Shown: positions 46,790 to 54,994 of the stretch, piece after piece
Numbering within the stretch: position 1 is the first letter of the stretch
How the letters are laid out: the number at the start of each line of letters is the position of its first letter
IMG/VR virus record: IMGVR_UViG_3300028833_000074
Coordinates: 1-64,000 of that record
Origin: a virus
Taxonomy: Duplodnaviria > Caudoviricetes
Length of the DNA: 64,000 nt
Reading direction: 5' to 3' (one strand)
Position numbers and translations under genes: made by a program
The notes under the pieces: generated by a model
The model's database searches: none
What the model was told of the DNA's origin: nothing
What the model saw: the letters and a program-made list of their open reading frames with translations, nothing else

Positions 46790-48388
46790 ATGGCAACAAT
46801 CAATGATGTATACACACACTTAAAAACCCTAACAAAAAAATGGTTTTATGAAAAAACCGAAGTTGATACAAAATTAAGCAACAAAGTCGATAAAGAAACT
46901 GGCAAAGGTTTATCAACTGAAGATTATACTTCAACTGAAAAAACTAAATTAACCAATATTGAAAATGAAGCGAATAAAACTACTGTTGATGCAGCATTAT
47001 CTGATTCTTCCAGTAATCCGGTAAGAAATTCTGCAGTAACGACAGCAATTAATGGTAAGGCACCAACATCCCATGCATCCTCATCAAATACTTATGGATT
47101 AGGTACAACAACTAATTATGGTCACGTTAAAACCATTAATGGATTGACACAAGATTCTCATACAAATGGTACAGCATTAAGTGCATATCAAGGTAAAGTA
47201 CTTAATGATGCCATCGGTGGTAAAGTTGATAAAGTTGTCGGAAAAGGTCTATCAACAAACGATTTTACTGACACATATAAAAATAAAATCGACCAATTGG
47301 GTGAAGATTTAGATAGTATTAATTTAGACTGGGATAGTATTACTCAAAAACCAAGCAGTTACCCACCTACCGCTCACCAACATAATGCTTCTGATGTGCT
47401 TGAGAGTGACAATACCGATTATCAATTTTTAACTGTATCCGCTGGCACCACACAGCATCATCTTAATTTGGATATTGATAACGCACTTGATACATTAGAC
47501 ACAAACATTAGTAATATTAGCACAGATTGGGATGATATAGGAAATAAGCCTACCAATTTTACACCAGCAAGTCATACACATGGAAATATTAGTAATGATG
47601 GGAAAATAAGTGAAGTAAACATAAGTATAAGTTCAAATGATTACCCGGTTATCTGCAAAAATGATACAGGAGCAATAATAAAGGGTAGTGCATTATTTTC
47701 TACTAAAATAGTAAATTCAGATGCATTATCAAATATTAATTTGCCGAATAAGTCTATACAATCAGATATTAATGCTGCAATTGACACCAGTATTGGTTAT
47801 ATCAACACTTCACTCAATGACAAAGCAGATTCTTTACATACACATCCTCAATATTTAGAACGCCAGCAAATAAAGACTATAAATAACAATTCGCTCATTG
47901 GAGCTGGAAATATTGATTTAAATATACCTACATCTACAAGTGAATTAACAAATGATGGAGATAGTCAAGGTAATATATATTTAACCACCAGTGATGTTAT
48001 AGATGATTTGACATCTAATACTTCTAATGCCCCTTTAAGTGCAAAACAAGGAAAAGTGTTAAAAAGTTCAGTTGATAGTAAAGCAAATCAATCAGACCTT
48101 ACCGCCTTAACTTCTCGTGTTTCCAGTTTAGAAACTTCTGAATTCCAAATTGTATTCAAATCATCCAAAAATGCATTGCCAGCAACTGGTAGGGCGAATA
48201 CACTTTATTATGTGTCAAATAGTGGCTCTGGAGAGAATACATATGATGAATACACTTGGGTAGCAGCAGATAGCAAATATGAGTTAGTAGGTTCCAAAGA
48301 AATTGATTTAAGTGGTTATGTGCAAAAAACAAATTTAATAACCGAAATAGACACAATCATACAATCCCTTAATGCAATACAAGAATAG
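46790..48388 (+). CDS. Tail fibre protein
   Basis: 'KVDKETGKGLSTEDY', 'KVDKVVGKGLSTNDFT', 'APTSHAS...YG.GTTTNYGHVK', HxH motifs, 'LSAKQGKVL', 'YDEYTW...YELVG..DLSGY'. Confidence 0.85.
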   Translation: MATINDVYTHLKTLTKKWFYEKTEVDTKLSNKVDKETGKGLSTEDYTSTEKTKLTNIENEANKTTVDAALSDSSSNPVRNSAVTTAINGKAPTSHASSSNTYGLGTTTNYGHVKTINGLTQDSHTNGTALSAYQGKVLNDAIGGKVDKVVGKGLSTNDFTDTYKNKIDQLGEDLDSINLDWDSITQKPSSYPPTAHQHNASDVLESDNTDYQFLTVSAGTTQHHLNLDIDNALDTLDTNISNISTDWDDIGNKPTNFTPASHTHGNISNDGKISEVNISISSNDYPVICKNDTGAIIKGSALFSTKIVNSDALSNINLPNKSIQSDINAAIDTSIGYINTSLNDKADSLHTHPQYLERQQIKTINNNSLIGAGNIDLNIPTSTSELTNDGDSQGNIYLTTSDVIDDLTSNTSNAPLSAKQGKVLKSSVDSKANQSDLTALTSRVSSLETSEFQIVFKSSKNALPATGRANTLYYVSNSGSGENTYDEYTWVAADSKYELVGSKEIDLSGYVQKTNLITEIDTIIQSLNAIQE

Positions 48389-48396
48389 GTGATACG

Positions 48397-49455
48397 ATGG
48401 CAAACATTCAAGATGTATATGGTCATCTGAAAACACTTACAAAAAAATGGTTTTATGACAAAACAGAAGTAGACAATAAATTAAACAATAAAGAAAGCAC
48501 TTCCAATAAAACAAGTTCTTGGAATTCAACCACAAACAATACAAGATATCCTACAGAAAAACTGGTGAAAGATAGTCTTGATGAAAAAGCAAACAGTACA
48601 CATACACATACAAAATCCCAAATCACAGATTTCCCAAATATTCCTAATGCTTCTTCTACCACTCCATCTGCCGACACAACATCTGGGTCTGTAGGAAATG
48701 GCACCACTTGGGCAAGGAGCAATCATACCCATCCAAAGAGTTTATTATATGCAGAAGCAGACCACACACACGATGATATTCAAAGTTTTGATGTTGTTTA
48801 TTTACCATTTTGTATAGAAGATGTGATAGCAAGTGGATATGCGACAAATTATGATGATGATGATATGGGGGGTGTATTACTCGATTATATACGTGGTGAG
48901 ATGAACATACTACCTACATTGAATAATCATACTATTTATTTAATTGTAAACAATTATAATCATATGGAAAATGGTTTTAGTAATATGAGTAAAAATGTTT
49001 TTAGAAAATTCATTTATATTGCAGAGAAATATGCATCAGATAACGCTAATATCACTTATGGTATGCAACAAACTGGAACAGAAGAGTATATGGAAGAAAT
49101 TAGTATCAGTTATGATGAAATCTCTGATATGTTAAGTAATAAGGCGGACAGTACACATACACATACAAAATCCCAAATCACAGATTTCCCAAATATTCCT
49201 AATGCTTCTTCTACCACTCCATCTGCCGACACAACATCTGGGTCTGTAGGAAATGGCACTACTTGGGCAAGGAGTAATCATACTCACCCAAAAAGTTCCT
49301 TGTATGCAGAGGCAAATCATACTCATAGTGAATATGTTAATCCTACAATCGTGGATAATTTAACTACAAATGATGCTACAAAAGTTTTATCTGCAAAACA
49401 AGGAAAAGTGTTAAATGGACTTATAGGTGATGCAATTGAGTATATTAACCAATAA
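48397..49455 (+). CDS. Tail fibre protein with an internal 59-aa duplication
   Basis: N-terminus nearly identical to that of 46790. 'HTHTKSQITDFP' occurs twice; 'LSAKQGKVL'. Confidence 0.85.
   Translation: MANIQDVYGHLKTLTKKWFYDKTEVDNKLNNKESTSNKTSSWNSTTNNTRYPTEKLVKDSLDEKANSTHTHTKSQITDFPNIPNASSTTPSADTTSGSVGNGTTWARSNHTHPKSLLYAEADHTHDDIQSFDVVYLPFCIEDVIASGYATNYDDDDMGGVLLDYIRGEMNILPTLNNHTIYLIVNNYNHMENGFSNMSKNVFRKFIYIAEKYASDNANITYGMQQTGTEEYMEEISISYDEISDMLSNKADSTHTHTKSQITDFPNIPNASSTTPSADTTSGSVGNGTTWARSNHTHPKSSLYAEANHTHSEYVNPTIVDNLTTNDATKVLSAKQGKVLNGLIGDAIEYINQ
48593..49325 (+). repeat. 178-bp direct repeat (48593-48770 and 49148-49325)
   Basis: The first 112 bp are identical; the remainder differs mostly at synonymous positions. 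Confidence 0.9.
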
Positions 49456-49473
49456 TAATAGGAGAACAATATA

Positions 49474-50505
49474 ATGCCATCTTATAATTATAATTGGGAA
49501 ACATCTGATTTTAGTATGGGATTAGGTGAAACTGTAACTATTACATTAAGTTATATCAATAAAGGACAAAGTATCCCTATTTTTGAAGATGGTGTTCAAA
49601 TAGGTACAACAACAACAAACACTTACAATTATACTCCAACAAGTAATGGAACACATACTCTGCATTACTTTGATACTATTTATTGTGAACCTTTGACTGT
49701 TATTGTAACTGGTAACGATACTACAACCCTTAATGGTGCTTTAACAGAACTTGGGGAAACTTTGGCAGATAATCTTGAGAGTATGGGAGTAACTGCAAGT
49801 GCAGATGATGGATTGACAACATTAGCAGTAAAAATACTTAAAATAGGTAAAAATACACCAACACCATCTACTGTCATCTATGAAGATGATTGTAGTGTAG
49901 ACAATACAAACGATTATGGTAGCAGTATACCTTTAAGGAATGGGTCATCAACTATTGCTTATAATAGTAATGGATACTACACCATTACTAATAATAGTTC
50001 TAATTCAGAGAGTTTTATCCCCATAACTGAATTAACTGGACTTACTACTGATTTTACACTTGAATATGACTCCTATGTTCAACAAATAGGTGGTTCAAGT
50101 GGATTAGTAATTTATAATTCATCTACTGCTTGGGTTAAATTGACTGATGATGCAAGTAGTGATAAGAGATTGTGGCATGGTTATAATGATGGTAGTTTTC
50201 ACGAAACTGGTTTCTCTGGTACTGAAACATCATATCAGAAATGGGTTCATTACAAATATACTGTTCAAGATGGTGTTTTTACTATGAAAGTAACTTATAA
50301 TGATAATCAAATTGCTTTTTATGTTACACAAATACATTTTACAATAAATAGTAGTACAAAAATCGGTTTGGATAGCGAATGGGCTTCAAATACTGTTACA
50401 AGATATAAGAACATTATTGTTAAGACATTAGGTAGTGGTGATTGCAGTCAGTACACTACACAAATCAACAATGCAATTGCTTACATAAATGGAGATGGTA
50501 ACTAA
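49474..50505 (+). CDS. Receptor-binding/fibre protein with a lectin-like (ConA/LamG-type) domain
   Basis: Anchor motif 'LADNLESMGV..DGLTTLAVKILKI'; beta-sandwich region 'DFTLEYD...KWVHYKYTVQDG'. Confidence 0.55.
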   Translation: MPSYNYNWETSDFSMGLGETVTITLSYINKGQSIPIFEDGVQIGTTTTNTYNYTPTSNGTHTLHYFDTIYCEPLTVIVTGNDTTTLNGALTELGETLADNLESMGVTASADDGLTTLAVKILKIGKNTPTPSTVIYEDDCSVDNTNDYGSSIPLRNGSSTIAYNSNGYYTITNNSSNSESFIPITELTGLTTDFTLEYDSYVQQIGGSSGLVIYNSSTAWVKLTDDASSDKRLWHGYNDGSFHETGFSGTETSYQKWVHYKYTVQDGVFTMKVTYNDNQIAFYVTQIHFTINSSTKIGLDSEWASNTVTRYKNIIVKTLGSGDCSQYTTQINNAIAYINGDGN

Positions 50506-51308
50506 TGACTAATGACACAACAACTCTTCAAGGTAGCCTTGATGAAATGAAAGACCAGTTAATCTACGAATTAGGTGAAAAGGGAGTTACTACAAGTTAT
50601 GATTCTACTACTGGTTTGTTAGGTTTGATTAATAAGATTAGTGAGATTCAACAAGGGGGTGGTGGTCAAGAGATTGTTTCTTTTGATAATATCACAACAG
50701 AATTTAATTATACACAAAAAAGAGGGAATTATGGATTTAGTGTTAGTATTCCAAGTGGTGTTACAAGTTTAGGAAAAAATTGCTTTAATGGTTGTAGTGG
50801 TTTGACTAATGTTACTATCCCAAGTAGTGTTACAAGTATAGGAGATAGTTGTTTCCAAGGTTGTAGTAGTTTAACCAGTATTACTATTCCAAGTAGTGTT
50901 ACAAGTATAGGAGGTTTTTGTTTCTATAGTTGTAGTGGTTTGAATAGTATTACTATCCCAAATAGTGTTACAAGTATAGGGAATAGTTGTTTCTATAGTT
51001 GTAATGGTTTGAATAGTATTACTATCCCAAGTAGTATTACAAGTATAGGGAATAGTTGTTTCTATAGTTGTAAGGGTTTGAATAGTATTACTATCCCAAG
51101 TAGTGTTACAAGTATAGGAAGTAATTGTTTCAGAAATTGCACTAAACTTGTGGATTATCAATTATACTGGGAAACACCACCAGTAACTTGGTCTTCCAAC
51201 TTAATGCCAAATAACACAAACACATACTTCACTATACCTCAAGGAACAACTGCTAATTATGTAGCGAAAAGTTTCCCAAGTGGTAAACTTGTTGAAAGAA
51301 GTGGATAA
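50505..51308 (+). CDS. BspA-type leucine-rich-repeat (LRR_5) receptor-binding protein
   Basis: Six 23-aa repeats 'IPSSVTSIGxxCFxxCxxLxSIT' after an N-terminal anchor helix. Confidence 0.9.
   Translation: MTNDTTTLQGSLDEMKDQLIYELGEKGVTTSYDSTTGLLGLINKISEIQQGGGGQEIVSFDNITTEFNYTQKRGNYGFSVSIPSGVTSLGKNCFNGCSGLTNVTIPSSVTSIGDSCFQGCSSLTSITIPSSVTSIGGFCFYSCSGLNSITIPNSVTSIGNSCFYSCNGLNSITIPSSITSIGNSCFYSCKGLNSITIPSSVTSIGSNCFRNCTKLVDYQLYWETPPVTWSSNLMPNNTNTYFTIPQGTTANYVAKSFPSGKLVERSG
50748..51152 (+). repeat. Six 69-bp tandem repeats (LRR coding)
   Basis: Units start at 50748, 50817, 50886, 50955, 51024 and 51093. Units 3-5 are nearly identical. Confidence 0.92.
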
Positions 51309-51355
51309 TCCAACAATGCTGAAAAAAAATAAAAAACATTAGGAGAAAATAAAAA

Positions 51356-51664
51356 ATGAAAAAAGAAACAATATATAGTGGATTTGACATCTACTACAAT
51401 GATGAAATTTGCATTGCAGAAGTGGACACAAGCATATTGAATTTGGGCATTCAGAAAAACATCTGGTGTCCGACCGATGCCACCGATACTACTGTGCCAA
51501 AAGCATTAAGACCGAAGGTGCCAGTTACAGTACGTAATAATGGAACTGGACAGATATGGCTTCAATTGAAACCAAATGGATTTTTAGAAGCGTACTCAAC
51601 AAGAGATTGGGATGCGAATAAAGATATAAAAATTAAAGCAACATTAGTATGGAGAAAACAATAA
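51356..51664 (+). CDS. Small beta-rich protein resembling a tail-fibre C-terminal domain
   Basis: AGGAG RBS; 'VPKALRPK...LQLKPNG..' pattern. Confidence 0.5.
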   Translation: MKKETIYSGFDIYYNDEICIAEVDTSILNLGIQKNIWCPTDATDTTVPKALRPKVPVTVRNNGTGQIWLQLKPNGFLEAYSTRDWDANKDIKIKATLVWRKQ

Positions 51665-51689
51665 AATATTTTATTTTTGGAGTTACAAT

Positions 51690-51890
51690 ATGATTAAAGA
51701 AGTATTATTGGGATTGGGAATAATTGGAATCATTGTTTTATTTTGTTTGATTACTTTAATTCCTCTTATTTGTACAATTATTTTAGGCACGTATTTTGCA
51801 ACCACAATTGGATTAGAAGGCATAACTTGGTGGGCTTTTGTAATTATTTTTTATTTAATTATAGCGGGAATTTTAGGAGCGTTGACATAA
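51690..51890 (+). CDS. Small membrane protein, putative holin
   Basis: 66 aa, almost entirely hydrophobic (2-3 transmembrane segments), GGAG RBS, upstream of the endolysin. Confidence 0.55.
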   Translation: MIKEVLLGLGIIGIIVLFCLITLIPLICTIILGTYFATTIGLEGITWWAFVIIFYLIIAGILGALT

Positions 51891-51891
51891 T

Positions 51892-52764
51892 ATGAAAATA
51901 AAATTAATGTTATTGTTATTTATTTTATTTATGTGCATTGGTAGTGCATATGGTGGAAATAACACTACAGACATACCGAATCCCCAAATGTTAGAAGATA
52001 TCGGATTAAACACTACCATAGCATTAGAAAGTGGTGATAGTAACATAACATTCAGTAATAATATGACTGGTTACTGTATAGAATATCGTGAACATAGTGC
52101 AAATGCCAATGATACATTCTATATAGCAAATACATCAAAAACAATAAACAAGAATGATGGGTCTGATGTTAGCAATTATCTGAAAACATTTTTCATAAAA
52201 TTCTACAATCACACACTTCAAAATAACTTGACACATCGTGGGGAGCCAGTAAGTCAATCAATTTTTAATCAGCATATCATATGGCATTTCACAAATAATT
52301 TCACTTCACCAGTTACAGTCAACAGTTCTTGGTTAATAGATGGAATAATTAAAGAGTCGTTGAGAGAGAAGTTGAATGATAATGGTTATTATGATTATGA
52401 TAATGATACAAGGGCTTATTATAGTTTTGCTACTTTATTGGCAAGTTATGAAGAATACCAAAACTTTTTCGCTTATAATATTTATTTCACCGGTATTCCT
52501 TGTGACCATAATAACAACACCACCGATAATATTAATGAAACCATCAATGAAACAAACACAACCAACAGCAACACTACAGATAATCAAACAAACATTAACA
52601 ATACTACAGCACTTAACTTGAATATGCAAGAAAACAACAACACGTATACACTCAACAATGATAAATATATAGACTTGGTAAAACATAAAACTGGAAACAA
52701 TATCATAATATTGATAATAATCATAATATGTATACTCTGTATAAGTGCATTAACGAGAAAATGA
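51892..52764 (+). CDS. Secreted, C-terminally anchored Cys-Gln thioester-domain (TED)-like surface protein
   Basis: Signal peptide; GYCIE (Cys62), NQHIIWHF (TQxAIW-like), YQNFF (Gln190); Asn/Thr stalk; 'KTGN' followed by a hydrophobic helix and RK tail. Confidence 0.7.
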   Translation: MKIKLMLLLFILFMCIGSAYGGNNTTDIPNPQMLEDIGLNTTIALESGDSNITFSNNMTGYCIEYREHSANANDTFYIANTSKTINKNDGSDVSNYLKTFFIKFYNHTLQNNLTHRGEPVSQSIFNQHIIWHFTNNFTSPVTVNSSWLIDGIIKESLREKLNDNGYYDYDNDTRAYYSFATLLASYEEYQNFFAYNIYFTGIPCDHNNNTTDNINETINETNTTNSNTTDNQTNINNTTALNLNMQENNNTYTLNNDKYIDLVKHKTGNNIIILIIIIICILCISALTRK

Positions 52765-52784
52765 TAGATAAATAAGTGGATACT

Positions 52785-53885
52785 ATGAAATCAACATTAA
52801 TTAAACAAGAAGCAAAAGAAATACAAGCATTCATTGAAAAAAACAAAGAATTGCCAAAAATCTGTACCATTAATGGTAATGAATACAGCATCTACAGCAC
52901 TTCTTACTTGATTGCAAAATTGCTTGACACCAAACAAAGTGACATCAAGCCGATAACTGTATCAGCACCATCAACAACAATCACGACAAAAATCAATGAA
53001 CAAGTCACATCCCCAGATTATAAGGATATGATTAAAAGATTTGTCCAATATGTTGAAGCCAACAAAAAGGTGCCGGCATACGTCACTACAGTCAAAAGCA
53101 AAACAAAAGTTGAATACAAATTATTTGTATATTGCATGTGTAAGATAATCAATTTTTACTATAAGAATTCTAATACCTTGCCATTGTATTGTGTATTTAA
53201 TGATGCGGATTTTAAAAAATCTGCAACCACTACAAAAACTACACAAAAAACAACAAAGACATCTACATCAGCAACAAAAAAAACAACAACAAAATCAAAA
53301 TGTAGCAACCCATACACATCATCACCACATTACACCTCAAATGGCTGTAATAAATTAGGACAATGCACCGGATGGTGGTGCGGTCCTCATTCCATTCACC
53401 AAGCAATACGCAAATTCGGTATCACAAAATATACCGAAAAACAAATTGCTGGATGGGCTGGTACCACAACTGCCGGAACTGGACATTCTGGCTTGAACAC
53501 AGCAATTGCAAAAATATCAAACATGAGCGGTAAAAAATTATCTGTACAATGGAAAAATTTCTCCGATATGGGTGCGAACAGCGCAGAACGTTTTGCTAAT
53601 ATCGCTAAATTAATTTGTAAAGACGATGTTGCAATTATCTGGCATATTGCATATATCAATGGGGGTAACAGTACAAGCGGCAAACACTTTGGACACTATG
53701 AATGCATTGACAAAATCAATACAGCAACCAAGTATGTAAGAGCGCTTAACTCATTAGGCGACAAAAAATCTGATGGCAGTTATGCTGGAAAACTACAAGA
53801 CAGACCATATGATGTTCAAGGATACTTTGCACGCAATACGCCAGGCGGACAGCCAGCATTATGTATCATTAAGGTGATAAAATGA
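52785..53885 (+). CDS. Endolysin: pseudomurein endoisopeptidase-like (pseudomurein-binding repeats + C39-type cysteine peptidase, PeiR-like architecture)
   Basis: PMB-like repeats (IQAFIEKNKELP; FVQYVEANKKVPAYV; IINFYYKNSNTLP), a Thr/Lys linker, and catalytic 'QCTGWWCGPHS...GTT..GT...GHYECI...LNSL'. Confidence 0.85.
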   Translation: MKSTLIKQEAKEIQAFIEKNKELPKICTINGNEYSIYSTSYLIAKLLDTKQSDIKPITVSAPSTTITTKINEQVTSPDYKDMIKRFVQYVEANKKVPAYVTTVKSKTKVEYKLFVYCMCKIINFYYKNSNTLPLYCVFNDADFKKSATTTKTTQKTTKTSTSATKKTTTKSKCSNPYTSSPHYTSNGCNKLGQCTGWWCGPHSIHQAIRKFGITKYTEKQIAGWAGTTTAGTGHSGLNTAIAKISNMSGKKLSVQWKNFSDMGANSAERFANIAKLICKDDVAIIWHIAYINGGNSTSGKHFGHYECIDKINTATKYVRALNSLGDKKSDGSYAGKLQDRPYDVQGYFARNTPGGQPALCIIKVIK

Positions 53886-54055
53886 ATTATTTAGATATTT
53901 TACAAAAGATTAACAATATTTTATATAACATTTTTGGAGACAAAAAATTTGTTATCAATTTTCAAGTTTATATCAATCAAAAAAGATTTAAATTAAATAA
54001 AACTGATGCAACAGAGATTATTATTGAAGATGATGATGGAAAATTTGTGCAATAA
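53882..54055 (+). CDS. 57-aa protein absent from the ORF track (MNYLDILQKINNILYNIFGDKKFVINFQVYINQKRFKLNKTDATEIIIEDDDGKFVQ)
   Basis: Strong AAGGTGAT RBS, ATGA overlap with the endolysin stop, ends at the terminator. Confidence 0.75.
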   Translation: MNYLDILQKINNILYNIFGDKKFVINFQVYINQKRFKLNKTDATEIIIEDDDGKFVQ

Positions 54056-54072
54056 TTTCCATCTTTTTTTTT
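54035..54072 (+). terminator. Hairpin + oligo-T terminator after the lysis cassette
   Basis: GATGGAAA...TTTCCATC followed by T9. Confidence 0.7.
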
Positions 54073-54088
54073 CGACCATTTTCAACAT

Positions 54089-54103
54089 TTTATATATATT
54101 AGA
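54089..54103 (+). promoter_or_regulatory. Late promoter motif, copy 4 (TTTATATATATTAGA)
   Basis: Matches the shared motif; upstream of the GAGGT RBS/ATG 54138. Confidence 0.7.
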
Positions 54104-54137
54104 ATATAAATAATTTATCAAAAAAAGAGGTTTAAGG

Positions 54138-54983
54138 ATGACAGTAACAAGCACATTGGCAAAATTAAAAAATTATTTTATAAGTTGGCATACAAATAAT
54201 TATGACATCCTACACGAAATGACTGACCAAGTCACAAACCAAGCCCCAAATGGCAATAAAGCAGTTACAAGTAGAGCGGTGTATGATTATGTACTAAACC
54301 CACTTAATAAAAAAATAGGTAATAGCAGCAATTTACCATATGAAAATATTAATGAAACGCAATATGATAAAAAAAATATTACCTATAATATTCAAGAATT
54401 AAATAAAAAAATTAATCTTCTTAATACAGATTTAACAACAGTTACAAGTAATTTTAATGCACATAAAAACAATAAAGATGCAAACCATAGACATATGACT
54501 GAATCAGAATACTGGCAAAGCAAAATAGCAACATTTAGTGATAGTCATGATAGTGCAAGCACAAATTCCGGAGGCAATTCATATTACAAATGGCGTCGAA
54601 AGGGTATGTGGGCGCTATTAAGAATTCATGGTGTTCCTATTAAAAGTAACCTAAATACAACACAAACATATACGTTAAGTGCTAACAAGACAAGGAATCA
54701 ATGGACACCAGCACTCGCTACATTAGGCGCTTTTAGTTATGATGAAGTAAAATGGCTAACAATTACAAATACTTCAACATATCCGGGCTGGGCAATTGAA
54801 TATAAACCCAAATCAACATCAGCCACATATTTATACGCCAGCATTGTATATTTATGCGCCGACGCATATGTAAAAATTAATGATACAGCATATAAAATAT
54901 CTTGGAGAGACGCAACCGCTGACCATGGCGCTGGATATTGGATTGATGGACTTGATGGTGGTAAATGGGCTTCAGACGTTTAA
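54138..54983 (+). CDS. Tail fibre-like protein
   Basis: 'KAVTSRAVYDY', coiled coil, 'FNAHKNNK..HRH', beta-rich C-terminus. Confidence 0.55.
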   Translation: MTVTSTLAKLKNYFISWHTNNYDILHEMTDQVTNQAPNGNKAVTSRAVYDYVLNPLNKKIGNSSNLPYENINETQYDKKNITYNIQELNKKINLLNTDLTTVTSNFNAHKNNKDANHRHMTESEYWQSKIATFSDSHDSASTNSGGNSYYKWRRKGMWALLRIHGVPIKSNLNTTQTYTLSANKTRNQWTPALATLGAFSYDEVKWLTITNTSTYPGWAIEYKPKSTSATYLYASIVYLCADAYVKINDTAYKISWRDATADHGAGYWIDGLDGGKWASDV

Positions 54984-54994
54984 TGGTGATAAAA

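Noticed and set aside
48593-49325. Repeat pair as a diversity-generating retroelement TR/VR
   Set aside because: Mismatches are mostly synonymous C/T and G/A changes, not adenine-specific. Both copies are in one ORF, and no reverse transcriptase is in the window.
50748-51152. Regularly spaced repeats resembling a CRISPR array
   Set aside because: The 69-bp period is in frame, there are no unique spacers, and the repeats encode LRRs.
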